Shown here: positions 10,901 to 21,975 of the stretch, in pieces
Numbering within the stretch: the stretch's first letter is position 1
How the letters are laid out: every line of letters starts with the position of its first letter
Origin: an uncultured delta proteobacterium
GTDB taxonomy: Bacteria > Desulfobacterota > Binatia > Binatales > Binataceae
DNA: 64,000 nucleotides
Assembly: GCA_963832395.1 (NCBI GenBank)
Contig: CAWHTV010000007.1
Location: forward strand, 796,395-860,394
Reading direction: 5' to 3'
Translations under genes and position numbers: made by a program
Notes under the pieces: generated by a model
Told to the model about the DNA's origin: nothing
Databases searched by the model: none
Seen by the model: the letters and a program-made list of their open reading frames with translations, nothing else

Positions 10901-11359
10901 GCAGGGATGCGCCGGGGGATTGCCGCTTTATGCGCAACCGGGACGACGCCGATGGGTTGGTTGTTTGGTCTTCTGGCCTTCGGGCTCGGAGGAGTTGGAC
11001 GGCCTCAGGAAGCACTTGATGTTGTAGAAGACGGGTTAGCTTCCGTCGCGAAGACTGGGGAACAGCTGAGTAGTCCGTCGCTGCACCATGTCAAGGGTGA
11101 ACTTTTGCAAGCGCAGAACCCGTCAGACGGAGGCCAAGCGGAGCTATGTTTCCGCACAGCGATCGAAATCGCCCGTCGCCAAAGTGCGAGATTGACGGAG
11201 TTACGCGCCACGACGAGCCTCGCCCGGCTGCTTGCGAAGCAGGGTCGCCGTGACGAAGCGCGCACGATGCTCACCGAGATCTACAACTGGTTCACCGAGG
11301 GCTTCGACACAGCCGACCTGAAAGACGCCAAGGCCCTGCTCGACGAACTGAACCAGTAG
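8000..11359 (+). CDS. Double zinc-ribbon / class III adenylate-guanylate cyclase / STAND (AAA_16-like) ATPase / TPR protein, paralog 1
   Basis: Intact 1119-aa ORF. N-terminus has CTKC..CAEC..CSSC..CADC. Cyclase motifs are FADIKGST, STGDGIFAIFG, GVNTGEVV and NLAARMQ. Walker A is GEAGAGKSRL and Walker B-like is VVIFEDLHWID. A long helical-repeat C-terminus ends TADLKDAKALLDELNQ. Confidence 0.85.
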   Translation: MRCTKCGTESTTGKKFCAECGSPLLNRCSSCSSDNPPGAKFCADCGNSLSQDVRTQGGKLSATKAGGSIRVASEPQTSEAVEGERKTVTALFADIKGSTELMRDLDPEEARAIVDPVLQLMMAAVHRYGGYVAQSTGDGIFAIFGAPIAHEDHPQRALHAALAMQEELRRYADRLRTEGKIPVEARVGVNTGEVVMRTVETGGHTEYTSVGHVTNLAARMQTVAPAGSVAASEATQRLCEGYFEFRALGPTTVKGLDAPVEVYEVVRAGPLRTHFQLSARRGLTRFVGREREMGAMAGALEQARAGHGQIVAAVGEAGAGKSRLMYELKATIPDGCKVLEAYSVSHGKASAWLPVIELLKSYFDLADEDDDSLRSAKAEAKVLALDPALAETLPYILSLLGIAGAGASLAMMDAQIRRRRTLEAIKRIIIRESLKQPLVVIFEDLHWIDTETQELLDLLVDSVASARILMLVNYRPEYRHEWGNRTCYTQLRLDPLGGQSADEMLHELLGGDASLQSLKRLIIDKTEGNPFFMEEIVRALIEQGVLIRNGATRLTKPLTEIRIPATVHGILVSRIDALPASEKGLLQTLAVIGKDFPQNLVKQIAASSDDRLEPMLKDLQAGEFIYEQPAMGEAEYTFKHALTQEVAYNSVLMERRRLLHERTGEAIEALFKDRIDDHLAELAHHYSRSANTRKAVEYLFRAGSQDEARFAYSEAVSRLSSALGFLKHLPDDAARARQELTVLSALGRSLGVVKGWSAPELEPVYARARELCAQIRDPVLAFPALWGQWVIRWWKLELHTALELADELLAAAEDAKDPAMFLVGNHARGTTLYFLGEFISAIEHLEKALAVFDLRQPLPEELEARRLDSRFFLYFTLRIVGYPDRAWAISRQVLETAQRSSDPNVLAQASCFEAMNNLIVGDGTAAQKYAEESMALSEERGLVSFSAFATTVSGAALIIQGRYEEGIAGMRRGIAALCATGTTPMGWLFGLLAFGLGGVGRPQEALDVVEDGLASVAKTGEQLSSPSLHHVKGELLQAQNPSDGGQAELCFRTAIEIARRQSARLTELRATTSLARLLAKQGRRDEARTMLTEIYNWFTEGFDTADLKDAKALLDELNQ

Positions 11360-11565
11360 CCGCTTCCGCCGCACCGGCGGTCAAGTTTCTTCCCTCAGCC
11401 GAAGATTCCCAGCAATTTGCCCACTTAAAGTGGATATAGACGATTCTGAACTTGCCACATCCTAATCAGATGATACATAAGACAATCACGTGCTTTCAAA
11501 GTCTGCTGGTCACTTTCTGATGTCAGGTGATGCAGGAATGGCGACTTCTGCCTCTGGATGATTGA

Positions 11566-14500
11566 ATGCGCTGTGCGAAGTGCCTCACGGAAGGAATCCC
11601 TGGTAAGAAATTCTGTGCCGAGTGCGGGAGTCCGCTGTCGAATCGGTGTCCAAACTGTCATTCGGACAACGCGCCGGGCGCGAAGTTCTGTGCCGATTGC
11701 GGCACCTCGCTCAGCAAGGACGTGGGCACGGAAGGCGGCAAGCCATCCGCGGCCCAAGCAGCCGGCGGCATTCGCATCGCGCCGGAGCCGCAAACTTCGG
11801 AAGCCGTCGAGGGCGAGCGCAAGACGGTCACGGTGCTGTTCGCGGACATCAAGGGCTCGATGGAGCTGATCGAGGATCTCGACCCGGAAGATGCGCGTGC
11901 GATCGTCGATCCGGCGCTCAAGCTGATGATAGACGCGGTCCAGCGCTATGAAGGCTACGTCGCGCAATCGACGGGAGACGGCATCTTCGCGCTGTTCGGA
12001 GCACCCGTCGCGCAGGAGGATCATCCGCAACGTGCGCTCTACGCCGCGCTGCGCATGCAAGAGGACCTCAGACGTTATTCGGACAAGCTGCGCGAGCAGG
12101 GACAGGCGCCGCTCTACACTCGAGTGGGCGTCAACACCGGCGATGTCGTGGTGCGCATGATTAAGACCGACGAGACTCGCGCCGAGTACGTGCCGATCGG
12201 CCATTCGGCCAGTGTCGCCGCGCGCCTTCAGGCGTTCGCCGCGCCCGGCTCAGTCGTAATTAGCGAAGCGGCGCGCAGGCTGGTTGAGGGCTACTTCGTA
12301 CTGAAGCCGCTCGGACCGGCGCGAATCAAAGGCGTCAGCGAGCCGGTCAACATCTACGAGGTAACGGGGTTGGGGCCACTGCGCACGCGGCTCCAGCGCT
12401 CGGCGGGACGCGGGATGTCGAAGTTCGTCGGGCGCGAGCGCGAGATGCAAGCGCTACGGGCCGCCGCCGAGCAGGCGCGCGCCGGGCGCGGGCAGGTGGT
12501 CGCGGCCATTGCGGAGGCGGGCACCGGCAAGTCGCGGCTATTCTTCGAGTTCAAGGCGGTCGCGCAGTCGGGCTGGATGGTGCTGGAAACGCTTTCGCTC
12601 TCGTACGGAAAAGCCTCGGCATACCTGCCGGTAATCAACCTGCTTTACGGGTACTTTAGAATCGCCACCGAAGACGATGCTCGGATGCGTCGCGAGAAAA
12701 TAACGGGGCGGGTGCTCGCGCTCGAACGTTCGCTGGAGGACGCGCTGCCGTACTTGTTTGGGCTTTTGGGCCTGACCGAAGGTAACGATCCGTTGGCGGG
12801 GATGGACGCGCAGGTCCGCAAGCGGCGCACACTGGACGCGATCAAGCGGTTGCTGTTGCGCGAATCGCTCAACCAGCCGCTGGCGGTGATCTTCGAGGAC
12901 CTGCACTGGATCGACAACGAGACGCAAGCGTTTCTGAATCTGCTCGCCGATTCGATCGGCACCGCGAAAATTCTGCTGTTGGTGAACTATCGTCCCGAGT
13001 ATTCGAATCAATGGAGTAACAAAACCTACTACACCCAGTTGCGGCTTGACCCGCTGGGCAAAGAGAGCGCTGATGAGATGCTGTCTGCGATGCTCGGCGA
13101 CGCTATCGAGCTCGCGCCGCTCAAGCGCCTGATCGTTGAGAAGACCGAAGGCAACCCGTTCTTCATGGAAGAGACCGTGCAGGTGATGCTCGATGAGGGC
13201 GCGCTGATCCGCAATGGCACGGTCAGGCTCACCAAATCTCTCAATGAGCTTAGGATTCCTCCAACGGTGCGGGCGATTCTCGCCTCGCGCATCGATCGGC
13301 TACCGCCCGATGAGAAGGATCTGCTTCAGACGCTGGCAGTGATCGGCAAAGATTTCCCGCTCAGCCTCGTGCGCGCCATCACGGGACGCAGCGACGACGA
13401 TTTGGGGCGGATGCTCGATGACCTCCAACTCGGCGAATTCATCTACGAGCAACCGGCGATGGGCGATGTCGAGTACACCTTCAAGCACGCGCTGACGCGA
13501 GAGGTCGCGTATGGCTCGGTGCTGAGCGAGCGGCGCAGACTGCTGCACAATCGTGCTGGCGAAGCGCTCGAAGGCCTTTTCGCAGGCCGTCTCGATGACC
13601 ACTTAAACGGACTGGCGCATCACTTCACCCAGGGCGCTAACGCCGCCAAGGCGGTGCGGTATCTGACACTAGCCGGCAAACAGGCGCTCGAGCGCTACGC
13701 CTTCGCCGAGTCTCAGGCGCAGTTGCAGAAGGGGCTCGAGTGGGCCAAAGCGCTTCCCGAATCGCCTGAGCGTGACGAGCGCGAGCTGGAGCTTGCGAGT
13801 GCACTCGCTCAGGTGCTGTTCGTCACTATAGGCTTTACCGCGCCTGAGACTGTTGAAGCGGCGGCGCGCGCCCGCACTCTTGCCGAGAAAAGCGGCAACC
13901 TGGCCCAACTCGTTCTACAGGGCTTCGGGATCTGGCGCAGCGTTTTCGTCTCTGGCGACCACCACAGCGCGGCCGCGCTTGCCGACCAGATACTCGACCT
14001 CGCTAAGCGCGAGGGCAGCCAAGGGAGCCTCGCTTTCGCCTACTCGGCGCAACTGATCGTGCGCTTCAATCGCGGGGATCTCGTCGAAGTCGAGGAGCAT
14101 TTCGCGCGCATGAGCGGTTTCTCTGAAGCGGCCGGTTTCAGGCAGTTTCCGGGCGCGGTCTCCACAATGTTTTGGGCAAGCCTGAGCGCGTGGATCCTGG
14201 GTCACGCCGATTCGGCTCGCGAGCGTAGCGCCCACGCGAGCGCCGTCGCCCGCGATCGCAAGAACCCCTACGACCTGGCGGTCGGGCGATTCTATGAAAG
14301 CTGGCTGTACCGATGGCTCAGAGAACCGCAGCGCGCCGAGGCTGCGGCCACGCAGGCGTTAGCCCTGTCCGAAGAGCACGGCTTTTCGAATCTCCGGGGG
14401 ATCGCCCTCGTCAACCTGGGCTGGGCGCGGGCGCAACTCGGTAGCGCGCGCGAGGGCGTTTCGCTGATCCGCAAAGGATTGTCCGGCCTCGTCGAGATCG

Positions 14501-14910
14501 GCGCGCGGCTTTGCTTCACTGATTTTCTCACCTGTCTGGCCGAGACTCAGGCGCTCGACGGCGAGATTGACGACGCTCTCATCACGGTTGAGGAAGCCCT
14601 TCAGGCGAACCCCGAGGAAGTAATCTGGCGGCCCAATACTCTGACGTGTCGCGGCGGACTGCGGCTCAAAACTGGCCACGCCGACCTGGCCGCGGCCGAC
14701 TTTCACGAAGCGATCGGACTCGCCCAGAAGATGAGTGCGAAGGCCTGGGAGTTGCGCGCGACGATGAGTCTCGCGCGACTGCTAAAATCGCAGGCAAAGC
14801 ACCATGAGGCGCGCGCGACGCTCGCCGAAATCTACCGCTGCTTCACCAAAGGTTTGGACACCGCCGACCTGAAAGACGCCAAGGCCCTGCTCGATGAACT
14901 GAACGAATAG
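11566..14910 (+). CDS. Double zinc-ribbon / class III cyclase / STAND ATPase / TPR protein, paralog 2
   Basis: Intact 1114-aa ORF, colinear with paralog 1. It has CAKC..CAEC..CPNC..CADC, FADIKGSM, STGDGIFALFG, GEAGTGKSRL and AVIFEDLHWID. It ends TADLKDAKALLDELNE. Stretches of identical nucleotides are shared, for example gagccgcaaacttcggaagccgtcgagggcgagcgcaagacggtcac in both. Confidence 0.85.
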   Translation: MRCAKCLTEGIPGKKFCAECGSPLSNRCPNCHSDNAPGAKFCADCGTSLSKDVGTEGGKPSAAQAAGGIRIAPEPQTSEAVEGERKTVTVLFADIKGSMELIEDLDPEDARAIVDPALKLMIDAVQRYEGYVAQSTGDGIFALFGAPVAQEDHPQRALYAALRMQEDLRRYSDKLREQGQAPLYTRVGVNTGDVVVRMIKTDETRAEYVPIGHSASVAARLQAFAAPGSVVISEAARRLVEGYFVLKPLGPARIKGVSEPVNIYEVTGLGPLRTRLQRSAGRGMSKFVGREREMQALRAAAEQARAGRGQVVAAIAEAGTGKSRLFFEFKAVAQSGWMVLETLSLSYGKASAYLPVINLLYGYFRIATEDDARMRREKITGRVLALERSLEDALPYLFGLLGLTEGNDPLAGMDAQVRKRRTLDAIKRLLLRESLNQPLAVIFEDLHWIDNETQAFLNLLADSIGTAKILLLVNYRPEYSNQWSNKTYYTQLRLDPLGKESADEMLSAMLGDAIELAPLKRLIVEKTEGNPFFMEETVQVMLDEGALIRNGTVRLTKSLNELRIPPTVRAILASRIDRLPPDEKDLLQTLAVIGKDFPLSLVRAITGRSDDDLGRMLDDLQLGEFIYEQPAMGDVEYTFKHALTREVAYGSVLSERRRLLHNRAGEALEGLFAGRLDDHLNGLAHHFTQGANAAKAVRYLTLAGKQALERYAFAESQAQLQKGLEWAKALPESPERDERELELASALAQVLFVTIGFTAPETVEAAARARTLAEKSGNLAQLVLQGFGIWRSVFVSGDHHSAAALADQILDLAKREGSQGSLAFAYSAQLIVRFNRGDLVEVEEHFARMSGFSEAAGFRQFPGAVSTMFWASLSAWILGHADSARERSAHASAVARDRKNPYDLAVGRFYESWLYRWLREPQRAEAAATQALALSEEHGFSNLRGIALVNLGWARAQLGSAREGVSLIRKGLSGLVEIGARLCFTDFLTCLAETQALDGEIDDALITVEEALQANPEEVIWRPNTLTCRGGLRLKTGHADLAAADFHEAIGLAQKMSAKAWELRATMSLARLLKSQAKHHEARATLAEIYRCFTKGLDTADLKDAKALLDELNE

Positions 14911-14944
14911 CCGCGTCGCCGGCAACAGATCGCGAGAACTCGCT

Positions 14945-16058
14945 CTAGTCGGTCAGCTTGAACTCGGTCAGCACGCCGGCCCGTGTGAAGCGCGCAATCT
15001 TCCCCGTCGGCTCGGTGAAATAGAGATTGCCGTCCGTGCCGTCGGCGATGAACGCCGGGATTGCCGTAGCAGGCAGATTGAAGGCGGTGATCGGGGTGCC
15101 GGGGCGAAGGCGACAGATCGCATGCGCCCTGGGCACGGTCATCCAGATAGTGCCCTCGCCGTCGGCAACGATGTCGAGCGCGGGGCCGGCGACCGGCAGC
15201 TCGATCTCGGAGATCTGCCCCTGCGGCGTGATCCTGCCAATCCGGCTGGCCGCCAGCTCAGTAAAATAGATATCGCCGTCACCGCCAACCGCGAGGCTGT
15301 TGGGATGGCTATGTGGGGCTGGCAACGGATACTCGGCTATCACGGGCTGGTCGGCGTTTTGCGCCAGGGTGATTCGACCGATGCGATTGCCCGAGTTCTC
15401 GGCAAACCACAGACTGCCGTCGGCGGCGACGGCGATCCCTGCCGGTCCGCCACCCAGCGGCAGCGCAAATTCCTTGAAGCCGTGCCTCCCGGGCGAGGGG
15501 CGGTCCGCCCCGGCCGGAACCAGAGTCGCGATCTGGTTGGCCGCGTGTTCTGTGAACCAGATGGAGCCGTCGGGAGCGGCCGCAATACCTGGCGGGACCA
15601 CTCTTGGGCGTGGGCACGAAGTAATAGTCGGCCTTGTTACTGTTGGGAAAGATTCGTCCAATGCGGCCGCCCTGGGGATCGGTAAACCATACCGCTCCGT
15701 CGCGCGCGACGGTCAGCCGCTCGGGAAAGCCGTCGAGGTCTAGTTCCACCTGCCTGAACGCGCCGGGCGGCTCCATCCGTCCCAGCATCGTAGCGCTGTA
15801 CTCGGTGAACCAGACGCCGGCGCCACCGGCCGCGATCGCGTATGGAGAATGGATACCCCCACGACCCGACGGAGGATGGGCAAAGGCCGATGTGCTGGTG
15901 TCGCGGCCGGCCTCGACCCGGTTGCCAAGCTGGTTCATCGCGGCTTGCGGCGGCGCCACACCGCAGCCAGAGATGCCGAGCGCGATGAATGCTGAAAAAG
16001 CCAGCGCGCCTGCGATGGAAAGCGATGCGCCAGCAGTGTTCGTAGGGTGGCTAATGAT
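14945..16058 (-). CDS. Vgb (streptogramin-lyase)-like beta-propeller lipoprotein, frame-disrupted; N-terminal start unresolved
   Basis: Repeated blades: GVWFTEYSATMLGRM, AVWFTDPQGGRIGRI, GSIWFTEHAANQIATL, GSLWFAENSGNRIGRITL, GDIYFTELAASRIGRITP, GNLYFTEPTGKIARF. A lipobox-like FIALGISGCGV lies at ~15975. The gene is split between ORFs 15309-15959 and 14945-15661 (switch ~15610). No canonical start codon is in frame upstream of the signal peptide. Confidence 0.65.
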
Positions 16059-16179
16059 TTATGTCTCGTCGACGGCGAACCAGTACGCTGACAGGTAACT
16101 GACCATAACCGCAACTGACTTGCTCTCTCCCACCGGATCAGCTGAACGTCTTCCGGGCCGGGCCGCCCCGTGGAGGCGC

Positions 16180-17172
<993 letters not shown>

Positions 17173-17320
17173 CTACCGCCCTCCCACTCTCGCACCAGCC
17201 TTACCGGCATCGACGCCTGACAGGCCAACGTGCTGCCGACGTCGGGTCAACGTCGGGCACGGATGTAAGTCTACTACAGGAATGCGGCCCAGGCCTGAAG
17301 TGCCCGGCCCGGCACAAATC

Positions 17321-18808
17321 TCATACGAATTTCAGCCGCCTTAGCGCAAAACCTAACATCCGCAGCAGCAGCATCCCGTGGCTCCAGCGCTGGATATTGG
17401 TTTGGCCGTAGGTTCGCTCGTGATACCGCACCGGCATATCGACGATCTTGAGGTCAAGCTTGGCCGCGCCGAAGATAAGGTCAAAGTCGCCGAACGGATC
17501 GAAGTCGCCGAAGTACGAGCGATTGGCCGCGATCATGTCGTAGTCGGCCCGGCTCAGGACCTTGGTCCCGCACAGCGTGTCCTTGATGTTCTGGCCGAGC
17601 AGCCAGGAGAAGGCCAGGCTGAAAAACTTGTTACCGAGAAAATTCAAAAAGCGCATCGCCTGCTTCTCCATCGGATAGACGAAGCGCACGCCGTTGATGA
17701 ATTCGCCGCGGCCCGAACGCAGCGCGCGATAGAAGCGTGGCAAATCCTCCGGCGCAACCGTCAGGTCGGCGTCGAGGATCATCAGCACCCCGCCCTGCGC
17801 CTCGGCAAACCCCAGGCGCACCGCGTCGCCCTTGCCCGCACCGCCTTGCCTCAGCAGCCGCATCCGGCGTTCCGGATGGCGCGCGATGGCCGCCTCGATC
17901 GCGGCGTAGGTGTCGTCGCGCGAATGGCCCTCGACGAAAACGATCTCGGTGCCGGCGCCCATCTCGGGCACGCGCTGCACCACGTTCTCGATATTGCCGG
18001 CCTCGTTGCGGGCCGGCACGATCACGCTGACCACGGGCTCGGGGCCACGCGACTGCATCAAGGCTTCAGGCCCGAGACGGGCGACGATGAAGTTGGTAAG
18101 CGCCAAATGACGAAACGGCCAGAGTTTGACCAGGTAACGGTTGCAAAACGGCGCAAGCAACGGCAGCGCGGGCGGGAATAGCACCTCCTGCCACTGGCGG
18201 ACGACCTCGAAGCCGCTGAGCGCGAGCATATTGTCGACATCCGCCAGCGTGAGCCAGTTCTGGGTCAGGGCCGAATTGGCCAGGCCCATGCGCGCGGCCA
18301 TCCGCAGCGGCAGCTCCCACATCCGGCTGTAAGTGTTGATGATCACGCGAGTCGCCGGCGTGCATACCGACGCGATCCGCTCGATCGCCGTTTGCACATC
18401 CCACAGGTCGTTGATCAGGTCGGAGAGGATGACGTAGTCAAACTTGGTATTCAGACTGAGCTGATCGACGTCGCCCTGCACGAAACGGAGTTGCGGATGG
18501 CTCTGAGCAGCCCGCTTGAGCAACTCGGGCGCAAAATCGACGCCGACGCCCAGCGACGGCTCGAGCGCCGCCAGCAGGTCGCCCGTGCCGCATCCAAGCT
18601 CCAGCACCCGGCTTTGCGCTGGCACGAGGTAACGGTAAATTTCCGCGAGCCGCCGATAGTAGCCGGCGCTTGCCGGTTTGCGAACGTAGCCGTTCCAGAA
18701 CCCGATACGCTCCGCACGGTAGCGCGCGGCCGCCAATGCTTCGCCATTTGTCGCGCGCAGCGCCGCGCCATCGCTCCCAGCCGCTGAGTCTTGCCGTACC
18801 GCCTCCAT
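17321..18808 (-). CDS. Fusion of a class I SAM-dependent methyltransferase and a family-2 glycosyltransferase
   Basis: Intact ORF, with the probable start MEAVRQD at 18808. VLELGCGTGDL is the SAM motif I. Then VSVIVPARNEAGNI...ILDADLTVAPEDL...DTLCGTKV are GT2 (DxD/ED) features. Confidence 0.75.
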   Translation of the reverse strand: MEAVRQDSAAGSDGAALRATNGEALAAARYRAERIGFWNGYVRKPASAGYYRRLAEIYRYLVPAQSRVLELGCGTGDLLAALEPSLGVGVDFAPELLKRAAQSHPQLRFVQGDVDQLSLNTKFDYVILSDLINDLWDVQTAIERIASVCTPATRVIINTYSRMWELPLRMAARMGLANSALTQNWLTLADVDNMLALSGFEVVRQWQEVLFPPALPLLAPFCNRYLVKLWPFRHLALTNFIVARLGPEALMQSRGPEPVVSVIVPARNEAGNIENVVQRVPEMGAGTEIVFVEGHSRDDTYAAIEAAIARHPERRMRLLRQGGAGKGDAVRLGFAEAQGGVLMILDADLTVAPEDLPRFYRALRSGRGEFINGVRFVYPMEKQAMRFLNFLGNKFFSLAFSWLLGQNIKDTLCGTKVLSRADYDMIAANRSYFGDFDPFGDFDLIFGAAKLDLKIVDMPVRYHERTYGQTNIQRWSHGMLLLRMLGFALRRLKFV

Positions 18809-18994
18809 ATTAGCCCCGCGTATCCGCTCCCGTCTTTGCCACCGCCGCTCCCGCGCGCGGTTATTGCGCCTTGTGTCCGGCCCGAAGGTTCGGCTGCGCA
18901 CTCTGCTCTCGACCGACTCGCGAGCGATTCCGCTTACCATGTCAGCAAGTGGCCGGCAATGCGATCCACGGACACTTGAAGTCCGTTACGATCG

Positions 18995-20352
18995 TCACAT
19001 CGCGTTGTGCGCTTGTTGCGCCTTATCTATACGAATCCACCAGTTGTGAATCCGTTCGTCTCCACCCTCCTGATCGACTCGAACCGGATCGGTGGCGAAC
19101 CAGTAGAGCGAGAGATAGGCCAGCAGCCCCACCGGTGAAGCTCCAAGGCGCCACACGAGCGTGTTCGGATGCAGCGCGAGTTCGGGCGAACGCATATCGA
19201 CCGCGGTGAAATAGATCCACGCGAGTGTGTAAGCTCGCGATCCCGGCCCACAGCGCGCGCCGGCTGGTCCGGTCGTTGGCCGCGGCGGCGCTCAGCCTCA
19301 CCATCGGAATCGCCAGCAGTACCAGGTAGTAAAACCATGAGGTGGGCGAGACAAGGATCGCGGTCATGATCCACAAAATGAACACGCGCCCGTCGGGATC
19401 GTCACTGGAAGGCCTCGCGATAGTGGCCTTGACGGTGAAGGCGAGCAGTGCCAGTTCGGCCGCCAGCGACGTGGCCTTACTCGCCCACTGAAGCATGGTT
19501 CCGAGAGGCACGCCGAAGAAGTACCAGAACATCCGCAATATCGATGGGCCCAGAGCGATATTGCTCGGCAGCGCCTGCGCCCATTGCTGGGTGAGATAGC
19601 CGGGTGCAAGCAAAAAGCTGAAGCTGCGGTCCATTCCCACCAGCGCCACGGTCACCAACCCTCCGACGGCGAGCTCCGACCATCGTGTAGGCAACGGCGC
19701 GCCACCGTTTCATCAGGACCAGGTATCCGACCAGCAGCAACGGGAAAGCACGCAGCAGGATTGCGAACGCGAGGATCAGGCCGGCCGCCGCGTTCCTCCC
19801 GCGCTCCATCCACCGCAGCATCAGCACGAACATCAGAAGGACCAGCATTTTGTTCTGGCCCCAGACCAGGTGATCGGCTACTGGCGGAAAAAGGATCGTC
19901 AGCGCGGCGATCGCGAGAGCGGCATCGCGCCCGAGTCCCGGGGTCCATCGAAAAAGCAGGATAAGCGCAAGCAGGAAGGCGAGAGCATTGATCGCGGTCC
20001 ACACATAAAATCCAGTCCGCGGCGCCAACAGTGTCAGCGGCACGAAGCACATCACAAAGGTCGGCGGGTCGGTCGCGTGATTGATCTGGTCCAGCTCGAA
20101 CCCGAGCGAATGCGCAAGCGGCGTCAGATCGGCGGTGTAGGGATTCATCCCCTCGCGCATCGCCAGCGCCGAGCTGTAGTAGATGCTGTAGTCCCATTTG
20201 GTGGCGCGGCCGGGCATAGCGCGGATCAGTATCACCAGGCCGATCGCAACCGCGGCCCACAGCGGAACCAAAATTGTGGCGCGAAGCAGCAAGCTCCATC
20301 GCGGCGGCTCGGAAGCCGGGATTTCGCGCTCGACGGAGCGGCTCATCCGCAA
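18995..20352 (-). CDS. Polytopic membrane glycosyltransferase-like protein (DUF2029/GT87-like), frame-disrupted
   Basis: More than 8 hydrophobic segments, with YYSSALAMREGMNPY and NHATDPPTFVMCFVPL in the first loop region. Pieces are in ORFs 19477-20352, 19023-19694 and 18995-19195 (switches ~19690 and ~19235). The family call is from memory of DUF2029 features only. Confidence 0.5.
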
Positions 20353-20394
20353 ATCTCCATGACCTGATCCATGACCTGAGATGATTCGAGCGGC

Positions 20395-21946
20395 CTATCT
20401 GCCGCCCCGCAGCGCCATCCCGCGCAATTGTGCCATCCGTGCCGCCAGCGCGGGATCGTGGCCCATGTCTTCGATCGCGAGCGGCAAACGCCACGACCAG
20501 TTCGCGGGCCCGACGGTGCCCGGAAGATTGATCCGCTCGCGCCATCCGAAAAGATCCTGAATCGGGATCATCACCAGCCGTGACGGCGCCGCGTACAGCG
20601 CCGCCAGCATCGCGTCGCGCACCTCGTCGAACCCGACCTCCGCACGGTGCGCGGACGCCGTCGGAAGCGCCAGCAGCGCAAGCATTCGCGCCCGTTCGTC
20701 CGCCGGCGCCTCGTCCCACCACTCCGCCAGCGTATCGGTGTCATGCGTGCCGGTCGTGGCGAGCGAAAGCTCGGGATAGTCCGCGGGCGAAATGAACGCC
20801 TCGGCCGGCGTGCCCTCGTCGATTTTCTCCCAGCGCATCACCTTGTACCCCGGCACGCCCAGGGTGCTCAGCGAGGCGCGTACGAAGGGCGGTATCACGC
20901 CGAGGTCCTCGGCGATGACGATCGTCGAGCCGGCCTCGTCCAGTATCGCGTCGAGCACCGCTTCGCCCTTGCGCGCGCTGCTCGGGCTCGGCCGCCGGCG
21001 AGAAGCTGCCCTCGGCTTGAGAAACGAGATCGAATGAAAAGGTGCGATACAGGCCGACCACATGATCGACCCGGATCAAATCGTAAAGCTCGCGCGCATG
21101 CCGAATCCGCCTTCTCAGCAGCGCGAATCCGTCCGCGCGAATCCGATCCCATCGCGGCGCCGGCAGGCCCCAGTGCTGACCCTTCGGGTTGAAGTCGTCG
21201 GGCGGCGCGCCCACCGTGCGTTCGAGATCGAACAACTCCTGGTTGGCCCATACTTCGGCGCTGTCGCGCGCCGGCGAAAAGGCCAGGTCGCCGCCCAGTT
21301 TCACGCCGCGCGCGCGGGCGTGGGCGCGCAGCTCGGCCCATTGGCGATGCGCCAGGAACTGCCAGTACACGTACTTGCCGATCGCCGGCGCGAGGTCGGC
21401 CTTCGCCCGCTCGAGCGCGCGAGGCTCGCGCCGGCGCAATTCGTCGGGCCACAGTTCCCAGGCGGCGAAATCGAAACGATCCTTGAGCGCGCGGAACAGC
21501 GCGTAGTCGTCGAGCCATTCGCGATGGCGTGCGGCGAAGTCCTTCACGGCCGCGTGCTCGTCGCCGTGCGCCGTGAAATGGCGGAACGCGGCCTCGAGCA
21601 GTTCGAGGCGCGCGGCGCGAATCGTCAGTCGATCGCTCAGCGGCACGTGCGCGAGCGCGCCGCGCACGCGCTCCACCTGCTGCGGGTCGACGCCCGCGAG
21701 TCCGTCGAGGCCGATATATATCGGATCGATCGCAAACACGCTGAGCGCGCTGTAGGGACTGGCCTCGCCGGGCGCGGTTTCATCGAGCGGCAGGAGCAGG
21801 ATCCCGCGATGCTCCATCGCCGCCGCGAGGTCAGTCATCGCGGCGAGCGCCGCGATATCGCCGATTCCCGCGTCCGCGCGCGTGCGAAGCGAAAACAGCG
21901 GCACCATCACGCCGGCGATGCGCTCAATGGCGGGTCGCGAGTTCAT
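20395..21946 (-). CDS. malQ: 4-alpha-glucanotransferase (amylomaltase), frame-disrupted
   Basis: MNSRPAIERIAGVMVPLFSLRT...SPYSALSVFAIDPIYI...WQFLAHRQW...GVKLGGDLAF...FNPKGQHWGLP...IRVDHVVGLYR, then VIAEDLGVIPPFV...PGYKVMRWE...TGTHDTDT...NLPGTVGPANWSWRL. There is a switch at ~21005 (an extra G in a GGG run). Confidence 0.85.
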
Positions 21947-21975
21947 GACACAGGGGAGATTTTCAAGGAGATATT

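Noticed and set aside
8000-14910. Interpreting the cyclase/STAND pair as a Pycsar- or CBASS-like anti-phage system
   Set aside because: No cyclic-nucleotide-sensing effector (TIR, transmembrane, nuclease, patatin) is encoded nearby. The neighbours are an SDR and a propeller lipoprotein. The architecture matches widespread housekeeping-type signalling cyclases. A defence role remains untested speculation.
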